64,000 nt of DNA from an uncultured Planctomycetota bacterium (GTDB lineage: Bacteria > Planctomycetota > Planctomycetia > Isosphaerales > Isosphaeraceae). Below are positions 1-12,100 of the stretch, in pieces. The position numbers were made by a program, and so were the translations under genes. The DNA lies in the NCBI GenBank assembly GCA_963845755.1, contig CAWJTV010000005.1, forward strand, positions 96,001 to 160,000, read 5' to 3'. Under the pieces are notes generated by a model. It saw only the letters and a list, made by a program, of their open reading frames with translations, was not told the DNA's origin and did no database searches. How positions within the stretch are numbered: position 1 is the stretch's first letter; each line of letters opens with the position of its first letter.

Positions 1-21
1 CTCGGCCAGAGACTGAGCGGA

Positions 22-768
22 TTGATGATAGGATATGCGACTTCGGTTCACGTCCTGGCCGTGCTCTTCGTCGCGACGTTGATCCGGTCGGCGTTCGGAT
101 TTGGCGAAGCCTTGGTGGCCGTGCCGCTGCTCGCCTTGGTGATTCCGGTCGAAGTGGCCGCACCACTGGCGACTCTGGTCTCGGTCACCGTCGCCGCTGC
201 GATCATCGTCCAGGACTGGCGCGAGATCCATGCGCGCAGCGCCTGGAGGCTGGTCTGCTCGACCTTTCTCGGCATCCCGCTTGGCTTGTTGATATTGAAG
301 ACGGTCCCCGAACCGATCGTTAAGATGCTCCTGGCCATCGTGATCATGGCGTTTTCGATGGATCGCCTGATTCGTCGTCGGCATGCGGAATTGACGGACG
401 ATCGATGGGCGTGGTTCTTCGGCTTCGGCGCAGGGATCCTGGGGGGTGCCTACGGCATGAATGGGCCGCCGTTGGTGGTCTACGGGACCCTGCGACGCTG
501 GTCGCCCCAGCACTTTCGCGCCACGCTCCAGGGTTACTTCCTGCCCGCCAGCCTGGCCGGACTCGGCGGCTACTGGTTGGCCGGCTTCTGGGCCCCGGCA
601 GTGACGAACTATTTCCTGTTGTCGTTGCCGATCGTGCTGGCCGCCATCATCCTGGGCCGCCAGGTCAACCAGCGGTTGAAGGGGTCCTCGTTCATCTTCC
701 TCATTCATCTCGGACTGGTCGTCATCGGAGTCGTGTTGTTGGGACAGTCGTTGGTCGGCTTTCTGTAA
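22..768 (+). CDS. Sulfite exporter TauE/SafE family membrane protein
   Basis: 248-aa hydrophobic ORF with 'RSAFGFGEALVAVPLL' and 'GILGGAYGMNGPP', typical TauE/SafE half-repeats. Confidence 0.85.
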   Translation: MMIGYATSVHVLAVLFVATLIRSAFGFGEALVAVPLLALVIPVEVAAPLATLVSVTVAAAIIVQDWREIHARSAWRLVCSTFLGIPLGLLILKTVPEPIVKMLLAIVIMAFSMDRLIRRRHAELTDDRWAWFFGFGAGILGGAYGMNGPPLVVYGTLRRWSPQHFRATLQGYFLPASLAGLGGYWLAGFWAPAVTNYFLLSLPIVLAAIILGRQVNQRLKGSSFIFLIHLGLVVIGVVLLGQSLVGFL

Positions 769-855
769 GATGTTCTCAGCGTGTTACGGCCGATCGAGCG
801 GGATTACTTTCCCCGCACGGCCGGATTCTCAGGTTGAACTCGAGAGGTCAATCCC

Positions 856-2082
856 GTGAAGTTTGTTTCTTCAACCGTCCTGATGGTCGTTTTGACTCTG
901 ATCCCAATCTCATCTGTCGCGCAGGGCCCTGCCCCGCTGCCCAAGCTGGCGACGCGCGTGGCATTCCCGAATCTGTCCTTCGACCGGCCGGTGGCGATGG
1001 CGTATCCGGATGACGGCAGTCGTCGACTGTTCGTCGTCGAGCAGCACGCTGGCAGGATCTGGTCGTTCCTCGACCGCCGCGAGATGCGTTCCAAGCGATT
1101 GTTCCTCCAGCTTCGCGCTCCGATCCACAAGGGGAACGAGGAAGGTCTGCTCGGGCTGGCGTTTCACCCGAAGTTCAAGGTGAACAAGCAGTTCTTCGTC
1201 TACTATTCGGCCAACGATCGAGGAGACAGGCGATCCGTTGTCTCACGGTTCTCGCTGGCTCGCTCGGATGACCGGATCGCCGACCCGTCGAGCGAGCAGC
1301 GGATCTGGGTCTCCGATAAGGATCCGTTCGAGAACCATAACGGCGGCACCATCGCGTTCGGTCCGGACGGGTATCTCTACATCACGCTCGGGGATAGCGG
1401 AGCCGCGGATGATCCGCTCCTGAGCGGCCAGAATCCCCGCGACTGGTTTGCCTCGATCCTGCGAATCGACGTCGATCACCCGGAGGGAGGCAAGGCCTAT
1501 GGCATCCCCCGCGACAATCCGGCGCGGCGCGATTCCAAGTTCGTCCACTGGGCGCCCGAAGTGTATTGCATCGGGCTGAGGAACGTCTGGAAATTCAGCT
1601 TCGATCGGCAGACCGGGGAGTTGTGGGCCGGCGACGTCGGACAGAACCTCTGGGAGATGGTCCATCGGATCGAGAATGGCGGGAACTACGGCTGGAGTAT
1701 CAAGGAGGCCTCTCACTCGTTCCATCCCGAACGGAGGCATGCGCCGGATCCGGCTGCACCCATCCAGCCGCCGATCGTCGAATATCCCCACTCACCGACG
1801 CGCGAGCGGCCCGATAGCGGCCTGAGCATCACGGGGGGCTATGTTTACCGTGGCAAGAAGATCCCCGACCTGGTGGGTGTCTACGTCTACGGCGACTTCG
1901 ACAGCGGACGGATCTGGGGACTCCGCTATCAGGACGGCAAGGTCGTCGCCAAGGACGAGCTGATCGACGTCAGGCGCGGCAAGCTCAACATCGCCTCATT
2001 CGGCGAGGATGCGGACGGAGAGCTTTACATCCTGGCGTTCGACGGCAAGATCCATGAGCTGGTGCGACGCCAGGGGCGTTGA
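856..2082 (+). CDS. PQQ-dependent sugar dehydrogenase (glucose/sorbosone dehydrogenase family), secreted
   Basis: Signal peptide; motifs 'EEGLLGLAFHP', 'NHNGGTIAFGPDGYLY', 'GLRNVWKFSFD', 'SITGGYVYRG'. Confidence 0.9.
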   Translation: MKFVSSTVLMVVLTLIPISSVAQGPAPLPKLATRVAFPNLSFDRPVAMAYPDDGSRRLFVVEQHAGRIWSFLDRREMRSKRLFLQLRAPIHKGNEEGLLGLAFHPKFKVNKQFFVYYSANDRGDRRSVVSRFSLARSDDRIADPSSEQRIWVSDKDPFENHNGGTIAFGPDGYLYITLGDSGAADDPLLSGQNPRDWFASILRIDVDHPEGGKAYGIPRDNPARRDSKFVHWAPEVYCIGLRNVWKFSFDRQTGELWAGDVGQNLWEMVHRIENGGNYGWSIKEASHSFHPERRHAPDPAAPIQPPIVEYPHSPTRERPDSGLSITGGYVYRGKKIPDLVGVYVYGDFDSGRIWGLRYQDGKVVAKDELIDVRRGKLNIASFGEDADGELYILAFDGKIHELVRRQGR

Positions 2083-2144
2083 ATCCGCGGGTGCCCTGGC
2101 CAAAAGAGTGCTGGCTCCGGGTCTTCGAGGTGCCTGAATTATGT

Positions 2145-2211
2145 TGTAGGGTGCCCTGTGACGACCGGCGAGGGGTTTCTACGGGAATTGGTGCTCGCAG
2201 GGCACCCTACA
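2145..2211. repeat. REP-like inverted doublet (GTAG-type) between convergent genes; possible bidirectional terminator
   Basis: Perfect 14-bp inverted repeat TGTAGGGTGCCCTG (2145-2158) / CAGGGCACCCTACA (2198-2211); right arm reads GTAG-GGTGC-N7-GCACC on the minus strand. Confidence 0.65.
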
Positions 2212-2220
2212 GACCCGCGT

Positions 2221-3439
2221 TCAACCCGACCGTGAGCCATTCTCAATTCGATCGAGGGTATCGAGGGCCCCCAGGAATTCCCGCCAAAGGTCGTCCGGAT
2301 CCTCGAGGCCCACCGAGATGCGAACCGTGCCTTCGGTGAGGCCCTGGCGCGCCAGGAGTTCTGCGTCCTGACCGCGATGACTGGTGGTTGCCGGATGGCT
2401 GAGCGTCGTCTGGACGTCACCCAGGCTCGGGGCGAACGGGATCGATGCGGACAGGCCACGAATCAACGCCTCGGCCTTCGGGCGGGTGCTCAGGTCGATC
2501 GTCACCATCGTGCCCCCGCCGTCCTTGAGCAAATGCGAGGCTAGACCCGAATTCGGATGCGATGGGAGGAGCGGGTAGTAGACGCGATCGACCTGAGCGT
2601 GCGATTCGAACCGTCGTGCCAGCTCGATGCGCCGTGGCGCACGCCCGGCTCATCCGCAGCGTGAGCGTTGAGAGTCCGCGGAGCGCCAGCCAGCTCTCAA
2701 ACGGATTGCCCGTCTGGCCCAGCGTGGAAGCCACGGTCCGGACCTCTTCCACGAATCGGCTTTGACCAATGAGCGCTCCCAGAGTCAGGTCGCTATGGCC
2801 GCCGATCATCTTCGTCACCGAGTGGGCCACCACGCTTGCCCCGTGCTCGAGCGGGCGACAGATCACGGGCGCGAACGTATTGTCGACAACCAGCGGGATC
2901 CCGGCCTCATTGGCGACCGACCCCAGCCCCGAAAGGTCGGCGACGCGGAGCAACGGGTTCGAGATCGTCTCGACGAAGATCAGCCGCGTTTTCGGATTCA
3001 GCAGCGACTTCGCCTCGTGGGGCCTGGCCGAGTCGAAGATGCTGTGCGTGATCCCCCACCGCGTGAGTTGTCGCGTCACCAGCGCGTTCGTCTTGCCATA
3101 GAGCCCCTCGGCGATCAGCGCATGATCGCCCTGATCGAGAAGTGTCAGCATGCATGAAGCCATCGCGCCCATGCCGGAGGCGCAGATCAAGGCCGCCTCA
3201 CCGCCCTCGAGCTGCGCCAGCTTCGCGGCGAGCTGAGCAGCGTTGGGGTGGCCATCACGTGCGTAGATGAAGCCCTTGGCGGAGCCGTTGTACAGTGCGT
3301 TGACGTGATCCAGATCCTCCGGGCAGTAAACGACGCTCAGGTCGATGGGGGGGACCAGAGGCCGGCTGGTTGACGCTGCGGATCCGGGACCGTGCGCACA
3401 GAGGGTCGAGGCGTGGGGACGGGAAGGATTCGTAGACAT
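2221..3439 (-). CDS. PLP-dependent trans-sulfuration enzyme (cystathionine gamma-synthase/lyase, methionine gamma-lyase family); one frameshift near 2630
   Basis: 'YARDGHPN', 'ETISNP', 'VVDNTFA', 'HSVTKMIGGHSD' in ORF 2417..3580; C-terminus 'PSLGDVQT...RISVGLED' in ORF 2221..2532. Confidence 0.85.
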
Positions 3440-3473
3440 CGTGAGCACGCTCCGGTCCATGGTTGCGACGGGC

Positions 3474-4628
3474 TCAGGTTGGCAAACTCTTTCGGTGGAA
3501 CCGTGCCCCAAGACCCAGTAGAGAGATGATCTCGCCGAGTTTGCGAAGCGACATCCACGGGTTCTTCGCGGTACGAGCATCGGCTTCCTGGCGACGAAGT
3601 GTGGCCAGGAGAGTCCAGTCGATTGACCAGGCTTGTTCGATCGCCTGCTCCTGTGCGGTCCGGGTCAGATCGTGAAGCCGGCCGATCAGGTCCTCGTCGA
3701 TCGGGCAAGCGGCCGTCCGGTAAGGATGGTCCTCGACGACCGGTGTCGTGCTGGAGCGCCGATTCTTGAAGAGGCCCGTGAAGTGCTTCCGCCATCCCAC
3801 GGAATCGCCGCCGTCATGTCGAGTGATCTGACCGGGCTGTTGCTGAACCTCGGTGGAATCGGGATCGATCCACGCGCCAATCCGGACGATCAGGACCGTG
3901 ATGTTGTCCATCCCTCCTCGCAGGTTGGCCAGATTGATGAGGTAACGACAGGCATCGCGCGGATGGAAGTTCGCGGCAAAAGCACCGAGCTCGCCGTCCT
4001 CGACGGGGCCGGAGAGGCCGTCCGAACAGAGGAGAAAGACGTCCCCAAGTTCGATGGCCAGCGGGCCCTCGATATCGACCTCGATATCGACCTCCGGGCC
4101 GAGGCTGCGCGTGATGACGTTCTTGGGGACCGAGATGTTGGCCTGTTCCGACGTCAGGTGATTGCGGCGAACCAACTCCCAGACCAGGCTGTGATCGAAC
4201 GAGAGTTGGTCAATCCGCTCGCCACGGGTGCGATAGACCCGGGAATCGCCGACATGGGCGATCAGTGCGCCTTCCGGCAGCAGGAGCAGCGCCGACGACG
4301 TCGTCCCCATCCCCTGGAACTCGCGATTGGCCGAGGCACGGCTGTGGATCAGGGCGCTGACGTCGCGAAAGGTCTTGACGATCGCGTCCGACGGCGTCCC
4401 CGACCGCGTTTTCATGTAGTTGTGCGGGATCAAGTCGCAGGCCATCTTGCTGGCCAGCTCCCCGACGGCATGAGCCCCCATCCCATCGGCGACCAGGAAG
4501 ACATGCCCGCGCTGCCGCCAAGCCTCCCCGTGCGGGGCCCGTACGATCGTGTAGCTATCCTGATTATTCGAGCGACGCATCCCGGTGTCCGTCGCGGCTG
4601 CGTCGATGATCACGTCGTCCCAGTTCAC
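3474..4628 (-). CDS. PP2C-family Ser/Thr protein phosphatase
   Basis: 'DTGMRRSNNQD', 'VADGMG', 'MGTT', 'HVGDSRVY', 'LCSDGL', 'GGMDNIT'; GTG start at 4628 inferred. Confidence 0.9.
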   Translation of the reverse strand: MNWDDVIIDAAATDTGMRRSNNQDSYTIVRAPHGEAWRQRGHVFLVADGMGAHAVGELASKMACDLIPHNYMKTRSGTPSDAIVKTFRDVSALIHSRASANREFQGMGTTSSALLLLPEGALIAHVGDSRVYRTRGERIDQLSFDHSLVWELVRRNHLTSEQANISVPKNVITRSLGPEVDIEVDIEGPLAIELGDVFLLCSDGLSGPVEDGELGAFAANFHPRDACRYLINLANLRGGMDNITVLIVRIGAWIDPDSTEVQQQPGQITRHDGGDSVGWRKHFTGLFKNRRSSTTPVVEDHPYRTAACPIDEDLIGRLHDLTRTAQEQAIEQAWSIDWTLLATLRRQEADARTAKNPWMSLRKLGEIISLLGLGARFHRKSLPT

Positions 4629-5066
4629 GATCCGACCCTGCTCTGAGGTGTCAGCGGCTGCACGATCCCCGAGGCCCCCCGCACCCACACGCCGACCTTA
4701 CCACGGAATCCCATGATCGGACCTGACCCGTCCCGACTCAAGAGCCTTCCCCGATTCTCGTGGTCTTGGTCGATCGCCGTCTCTGACCGCGGGCCAGGAT
4801 CCTTCGCCATTGTCATCATTAAATTGTATCGTCCGTCCGCGTCAAACAAGAGTGCCCCTGAAGATTGTTCGCGGGTTCGACGGGCAACCGACCGATTCCT
4901 CGATCGCCCCGATCGATAGCGAAGTCCTCCATCGCCCGTGTACGCGTGCGTCTACAAAAATAGAAATTGGGCTCGCGAATTCCCCGGCCACCTCATAATA
5001 CTGAAAAGCCTGAACTCCTGTGACGAGGACTGCGTCAACGACAACCCTATTCCTGCCGGTTCTCCC

Positions 5067-7721
5067 ATGATCGACTCGACGTCCCTGGACTCCTTGCGAT
5101 TTACCAAGACGACCCTGAAGAATGGCCTCGACGTCATCGTACGACATCAGCCACAGCTCCCGATCGTGGCCATAAACTTGTGGTATCACGTGGGTTCCAA
5201 GAACGAGGAACGCAGCCAGCGCGGATTCACACATCTATTCGAGCACTTGATGTTCGAGGGATCCGAACACTACCCGGGCGATTTTTTCAAGCACTTGCAG
5301 CCGCTGGGGGGAAATATCAACGGCTCGACCTCCTCCGACCGCACCAATTACTTCGTTGACCTTCCGACCGCCCATGCCGAACTCGCGATGGCGATGGAAT
5401 CGGATCGTATGGCGCATCTCCTGGCGCTCTCGACGAGGAGAAATTAAGAATCCAGAAGGGTGTCGTCAAGAATGAGTACCGCCAGAACTACGCCAACCGT
5501 CCCTACGGGATGGTCTGGTCGATCGTGGCAGAGGCACTCTATCCACCCCAGCACCCTTATAGTTGGTTGACCATCGGCGTCATGGAAGACATTGAGCGTG
5601 CGACCATGGACGATGTTTCCGCATTCTTCCAGAAGTATTATGTTCCGAGCAATGCGAGCCTGGCGGTTGTTGGCGATCTGGAGGAATCCCGAGCGATCGA
5701 GCTGGCGGAACGTTACTTCGGCTCGATTGCGGGAGGAATGCCGGCCCTTCGGCCGTGGGTGCCGGCACCGAGCCTTCAGGAAAGCTCGCGCGATTGTCGT
5801 GCACGATCGCGTCGAGCTGGACCGACTGTACCTGACCTGGCCGACAGTCCCTCATTTTCACGACGACGACGCCCCCTTGATCCTTCTTGGCGACATCCTG
5901 GCTCGCGGACGAGCGAGCCGGCTGTATCGGAAGTTCGTGATCGAGGAACAGATCGCGCAGGATGTCAGCGCCTATCAATCAGGCCGAGAGCTGGCCGGCT
6001 CGTTCGGCATTGTGGTGACCCTCCGGCCATCGAGATCGACCCACCATGCGCTCGACCTGATCGATGCCGAGCTGGGTCGCCTGGAGTCTTCGGAGGTCGG
6101 CGAGGACGAGCTGCGCCGCGTGCAGAATCTGCGAATCGCGAGCTTTTATTTCGCGCTGGAGCACATGGGTGGCTTCGGTGGGGTCGCCGATCGCCTCAAC
6201 GCCTATAACGTCTTCCGGGGGGATCCCAGTCTGATCGGGAGCGATGTCCGACGGTTTCAGGCGGTCACGGCGGGTCGGTTGCAGGAGGTCGCCGTGCGTT
6301 ATGTCTCGGGACGACCGCGAGTGTGTCTCTCGGTACTCGGCCGGAAGGAAACGGCCAAGGTCACACCGCTGGACCGCTCGACGGCGCCGACCAGTTCGAT
6401 CACGACCGGCTACCGCGCACCAGAGCCGCAGATCCTGCGGCTGCAATGCGGGCTCCCGCTCTGGGTCTTTCCACAGAAAGACCTGCCCACGGTCGCGGGA
6501 TCGATCGTCATCGCCGGAGGAGCCAGCCTTCAGCCTCCGGAACTCCCCGGCTTGAGCCAACTGACCACCGACATGCTCGACGAGGGGACCACGACGCGGA
6601 CGGCAGCCCAGATCGCCGTGACCGTCGAGGAGATGGGAGCCTCGCTGTCGGCGAGCTGCGGGTGGGACGGGGCTTACGTCGGGTTCAGGTGCCTGACGAA
6701 CAACCTGGCGACAACTCTGGACCTGGCCGCCGACATCTTGCTCAATCCGACTTTTCCTGAGGCGGAATGGCAACGGTTGCACGGACAGACCCTCGCGGCA
6801 CTTCGTGCCGAGCGAGACAGTGCCGAGTCCCGAGCCTACCGCGCACTTCTCCGGGCGCTGTATGGCTCGGACCATCTTTACAGGTTCCCCCTGGCGGGTA
6901 CCGAGGAGAGCGTCCGCGCGATCGCGGTGGAGGACTTGAGGGCGTTTCACGCGCGCAGCATGGCACCGACTCGAGCCGCGATCGTCGTCGCCGGTGACGT
7001 CGCGCCTGAGGCTCTGGCCGAAGAACTGGACAGGCGCCTATCCAGTTGGCGAGGCCCGACCACGTCGCTCCCGCAAATCCCCACCGCGGTCCGGTCTGCA
7101 CAGCCCCGGATCCTGGTTCTGGACCGCCCGGGTGCGCCTCAAGCGGTGGTTCGTGCGGGGCATCCCGGCATCGATCGACGTGATCCGAGTTTCGACGGCA
7201 TGCTGCTCTTCAACCAGGTCCTGGGCGGACAATTCACGTCCCGACTCAATTGCAAACTGAGGGAGGAGCGCGGCTTCACCTACGGAGTGCGAAGCTCTTT
7301 CGAGTGCCGCCGAGGTGCCGGGCCGTTCTCGATCAGCACGTCCTTGCAGAGCGACCGGCTTGCCGAGGCACTCGAGGATCTCCGACATGAGGTCACGGCA
7401 TTCGTGACCGGCCGCCCTCCGACCCAGGATGAGCTGGATGACGCGCGGCGCGCACTTGTCGAAGGCCAGCCCCGATACTTCGAGACGCCCTCGGCGCTGG
7501 TGAGCCGGTTTGCCAACCTCCTGATCCACGGCCTACCCGCGGATTACGAGAGCCAGTTTCCCGACCGGCTCCATCGGCTCGACCGCGACGCGGTCATCCA
7601 CGCCGCTCGTACCCTGATCCATCCCGAAGCCCTGGTCCTCGTGGTCGTCGCCTCCGCGGCGCACGTCCTCGAGAGCCTGAAGCAACTGGATTGGGCCGAG
7701 CCGGAGATCATCGAGGAATAG
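5067..7721 (+). CDS. M16-family zinc protease (pitrilysin-like, fused two-module form); frameshifts near 5430 and 5785
   Basis: Inverted zincin motif 'HLFEH', 'WYHVGSKNE', C-terminal 'SRLNCKLREERGFTYG'; spread over ORFs 4938..5447, 5510..6208 and 5592..7721. Confidence 0.85.
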
Positions 7722-8162
7722 CGGCGACTCGTTGCCGGTCGGAAAACCAAGCAGGTACGCTCAGTCGGTGAAAAATCTCGATCGCTGCGTTCGACTTCGC
7801 AAGTTTCAGAGGGCTCGCATACGCCGGGTTTCGCCGCGTTGAGCTTGGCTATTATCTGATCCAAGGTCTCATCAGGGAAGTGTACGCCTCGTTCCGGATG
7901 CCCGTGCCTCGTCACCACGCTCTCGCGACCCATTGCGATTGACGATTCGATGATCCGCCGTAAATCTTACTCCGTTGATGACGAACTCTCGAATAGCTGA
8001 CGAGTTGCTCGAGGCATGCCCGATCGGCGGATGGCCTTGTGGGCCAGCCGGCTGCGCGAAGTCGCGCGCGAGTGTGAGTCGGGGAGCGACCCACACGATT
8101 CCGAGCACATCCTTTTGCGCGAGCGAATCGCCCGCCGAGGCGACCGACGAGAGAGGAACCAC

Positions 8163-9143
8163 ATGCTGTCCATTCGCAACCTGGTGAAGATCTATCCGGG
8201 TCCCGTTGCGGCGCTGGTCGGGGTCGACCTGGATGTATCCAATGGGATGTTCGGCCTGCTCGGTCCCAACGGCGCGGGCAAGACGACCTTGATGCGCATC
8301 CTGGCCGGGGTGCTGGAGCCCACTTCGGGCACGGCCACGCTGGACGGCCAATCGATGCTCGATCGGCCCGAGCGGATCCGAGAGCGGCTCGGTTATCTGC
8401 CGCAGGAATTCGGGTTCTTCCCTCACCTCACGGGCGAGGGGATGCTTCGCTACTTGCTCCGCTTGAAGGGCATCCGGGCGCCGGTCGGTGAGAAGGCTTT
8501 GTGCCGGGAGCTTCTGGAACGAGTTCATCTCTCTTTCGCGGCGCGTCGCAAGGTCAAGACGTATTCGGGAGGGATGCGGCAGCGGTTGGGGATCGCCCAG
8601 GCCATCGCCGGGAACCCGCGACTGATCATCGTCGACGAACCGACGGCCGGGCTCGATCCGGAGGAACGCTTGCGCTTCTATCGGCTGCTCTCGGAGCTGG
8701 CCGAGGATCGGATCGTCGTGCTGTCCACTCATATCGTCGAGGATGTGGCGGTGCTCTGCCCGAGGTTTGCCGTCATCCGCAACGGCCGTCTTATCGCCGA
8801 CACCTCACCCAGCCGGGCACGCAGTGCCATCGAAGGGACGATCTACGAGGGGACGATCCCCGCCGAGTCTTACGATCGCCTGCTCGTGGATCCCGATCGG
8901 TGCGTCACGCAGGCTTATCTCGTCGAAGGCCAGAACCGCGTCCGACTCTACCAACCCGACGGGAACTCTCCGCAAGGCTTCTCCGCGGTCGCGCCGACCC
9001 TGGAAGACGCTTACCTCGTCGCGATCAAGGCCGACGGTATTCGGGGGCTCTCCGACAGCGCGATCGAGCGTCTGTCCATCGCCGACGGTTCGATTGATGG
9101 GTTCCCCGCTGAACCGGCCGCCGCCGAGCGAGGTGCGCGATGA
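8163..9143 (+). CDS. ABC transporter ATP-binding protein
   Basis: Walker A 'GPNGAGKTT', signature 'YSGGMRQR', Walker B 'IIVDEP'; ATG at 8163 preceded by GAGAGG. Confidence 0.92.
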   Translation: MLSIRNLVKIYPGPVAALVGVDLDVSNGMFGLLGPNGAGKTTLMRILAGVLEPTSGTATLDGQSMLDRPERIRERLGYLPQEFGFFPHLTGEGMLRYLLRLKGIRAPVGEKALCRELLERVHLSFAARRKVKTYSGGMRQRLGIAQAIAGNPRLIIVDEPTAGLDPEERLRFYRLLSELAEDRIVVLSTHIVEDVAVLCPRFAVIRNGRLIADTSPSRARSAIEGTIYEGTIPAESYDRLLVDPDRCVTQAYLVEGQNRVRLYQPDGNSPQGFSAVAPTLEDAYLVAIKADGIRGLSDSAIERLSIADGSIDGFPAEPAAAERGAR

Positions 9144-12100
9144 ACGCAATACTGAGTCCTGGCTTGAGGCGGGTGTGGACGGTCTTCAGCGGTGACCTGG
9201 GCACGTATGCCCGACGCCCACTGTTCGCCGTCTGGGCCTTGATCCTGGTCTTCTGCGCATTGGGGTTCTCCACCGGTTCGGTGCGGATCCAGAGCGGCGA
9301 CGCGACGGTCGGGGGGACCAAGTCCCACATCACCTCCGAATTCGCCGTGGCGATGCAATTCGCGATCGTCACGACGCTCTTCTACGGCTTTTTCGTTGCC
9401 GTGGCGGCCGGGATGGCGATCATCCAGGACGATGAGTGGCGGATCGGCGAGTTATTGCATGCCACACCACTTCGTGCCTGGGAGTACGTCTGGGCGAAGT
9501 TCGCCGCCGTGATCACGGTAAGCTCCGTCATGCTGGGCCTGCATCTGGCGGCGATGCTGTTCTTCTACCATGTCCTGCCGAATGCCGATGCCCAGGAATT
9601 CCGCGGAACGTTCCATCTCTCGAACTATCTCCTGCCCGCTCTCTGGTTCTGGGTGCCGACGATCGTCTTTCTCGCGGGCCTATCGTTCCTGTTCGGCGAG
9701 TGGACGCGACGGCCTGTCGCGGTCTTTCTGCTGCCTCTGGCGATCGTACTCCTCGATGCATTCTTCCTCTGGGAGTGGTCGCCGAACTGGCTCGACCCGC
9801 GGATCAACCGCGCGCTCATGCTGCTCGACCCGGCCGGTTTCCGTTGGCTTAATGAGACGTGGCTCAAGGTTAACCGGGGCGTCCGGTTCTACAACACCGC
9901 GTCGATCCCACCGGACCCGGGATTCCTGGTCAGCCGAGTGGTGATGGTGGTGCTGGGTCTGGGAGCCGCAGTCCTCGGCCAACGTCACTTCGCCGCGACC
10001 TCTCGCGGCTCGTCCTCGCGATCGGCACGCCGAGCGGCGGCGGCTAGCCTGCTAGCCGGGCCGCCTTCGATCGCGAAGGTCAACTCGGGGGCCGAGTCCG
10101 TCAGCAAGGCTCCACTGGCCTCGCTTCAGATGACCCTGTCCCAGCCGAGCTTGCTCCGGGGTGCCTGGCACGTGGCGCGGAGCGAGCTGGCCGAGCTGCG
10201 CTCAAGTCCCGGGCTGTACCTGTTCATCCCGCTGCTATTGCTCCAGACGATCGTCACGGCGCTGATCGACGTCGGCCCCTTCGACACGCCGCTCCTGGTT
10301 ACACCTGTCGGCTTCGCGGTGCACGCGATGGGGACATTGACCACCTGCTCATGCCTGCTCCTCCTGTTCTACACCGTGGAATCGCTGGAACGCGAGCGAT
10401 CGACCGGGCTGGCGGCGATCGCCTTCGCCACGCCGATCCGGACCGGCTCGCTCCTTCTCGGCAAGCTCGTCGCGCTGGGGGCACTGGCGCTGGCGATCGT
10501 CGCGGCTGTCGCCGTGGGAGGCATCATCGTTATCCTGATTCAAGGGCAAGTTGGTGTGAGCCTGCCACCGATGTTACTCCACTGGGGACTGCTCCTGCTG
10601 CCGACCATCCTGTGTTGGATCGCCTTCGTGACGGCAGCTCATCGGCTCACACAGAGCCGCTATGCGACCTACGCGCTAGCCCTGGGAGTGATCTACTTCA
10701 CGGGATACCGGCTCGGAACAAACCAGATCAACTGGGTCGGCAACTGGCCGTTGTGGCAAGCGGTCAGGGATAGCGACATGAGCGTGCTGGAGCTCGATCG
10801 TCGCGCCCTGGTCCTGAACCGCGTGATGGCCGTGGGTCTGTCGGTCTTCTTCACCGTCCTGACGGTGCGATTCTATCGACGCCGAGAGGTCAACGCGACC
10901 CAACTCGTGCATCGGCTGCGACCTCGGGCCGTCCTCTCAATGGCCTTGCGGCTGGCGCCCTGGGCCGTGGTCCCCCTGGTCGCAGGCATCTGGCTGGCGT
11001 TGGAAGTCGGCTGGGGGCGAGAGGGCGGCGCGGCCCAGAAGGAGGAGAAGGACTACTGGCGCAAGAACCTGGCCACGTACCGCGACGCCAGGATCCCGGA
11101 CCTCCGTCTGGTGACGTTGCATCTCGACCTGTTCCCCGAGCGGTCGGCCTATCGCGCGCGCGGGACGTTCGACCTGGTCAACGGCACCGACCGACCGCTC
11201 CGCGAAGTCCTCCTGACGGGCGGTCCGCACTGGGAGAAGCTCGCCTGGACGATGGACGGCGAGCCCTTCTCGCCCGCCGACCGGGCGCACCTCTTTGTCT
11301 TCACGCCCCCTGGAGGTACCCTCGCGCCGGGTGGAACGGTTCAGATTGGTTTCGAGCACGAAGGAAGGTTTCCGAGGGGTGTCAGCAAGAGGACGGCTGG
11401 AGCATCCGAGTTCATCCTCCCATCGGCCGTGGTCCTGACGAGTTTTCGGCCCGCCATCGTGCCAGTGTTGGGCTTCCTCGATTCCATCGGCATCGACGAC
11501 GACAATCGCCAGGACTCGAGGGAGTATCCCGACGACTTCTACCTGGGCCAGACGGACTCGTTCATGGGTTACCGCACGCCATTCTCGACGAAGATCACGA
11601 TCACCGGCCCGGCCGAATTCACAATCAACTCGGTGGGGATCAAGACGTCGGATGACGTCCAGGACGGCCGGCGCACGGTCGTCTGGGAGAGCGACCATCC
11701 GGTGAGCTTCTTCAACGTGATCGCGGGCCGTTGGGCGGTCGAGCATGGCGACGGGACCGCCGTGTTCTACCATCCCGGCCATCGTTACAACGTCGCCGAG
11801 ATGCGCGAGGCGCTCGACGCGGCGCACCGCCATTTCTCTCGATGGTTCTTCCCCTACCCCTGGCGCGAACTCAAGCTGAGCGAGTTTCCCAACCTGGCGA
11901 GCTACGCTCAGGGTTTCCCCACGAATATCACCTTCTCGGAAGGGGTCGGCTTCCTCGCACACAACACCCCGGAGATCCACGCCCCGTTCGAGATCACCGC
12001 CCACGAGGCGGCACACCAGTGGTGGGGCAACATCTTGTCGGCGGGTAAAGCTCCCGGCGGCATCTTACTCACCGAGGGTACGGCTGATTTCTCTGCGATC

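Noticed and set aside
7975..8187. Small ORF upstream of the ABC ATPase as a precursor peptide
   Set aside because: No RBS or motif support; cannot be told apart from an N-terminal extension or noise.
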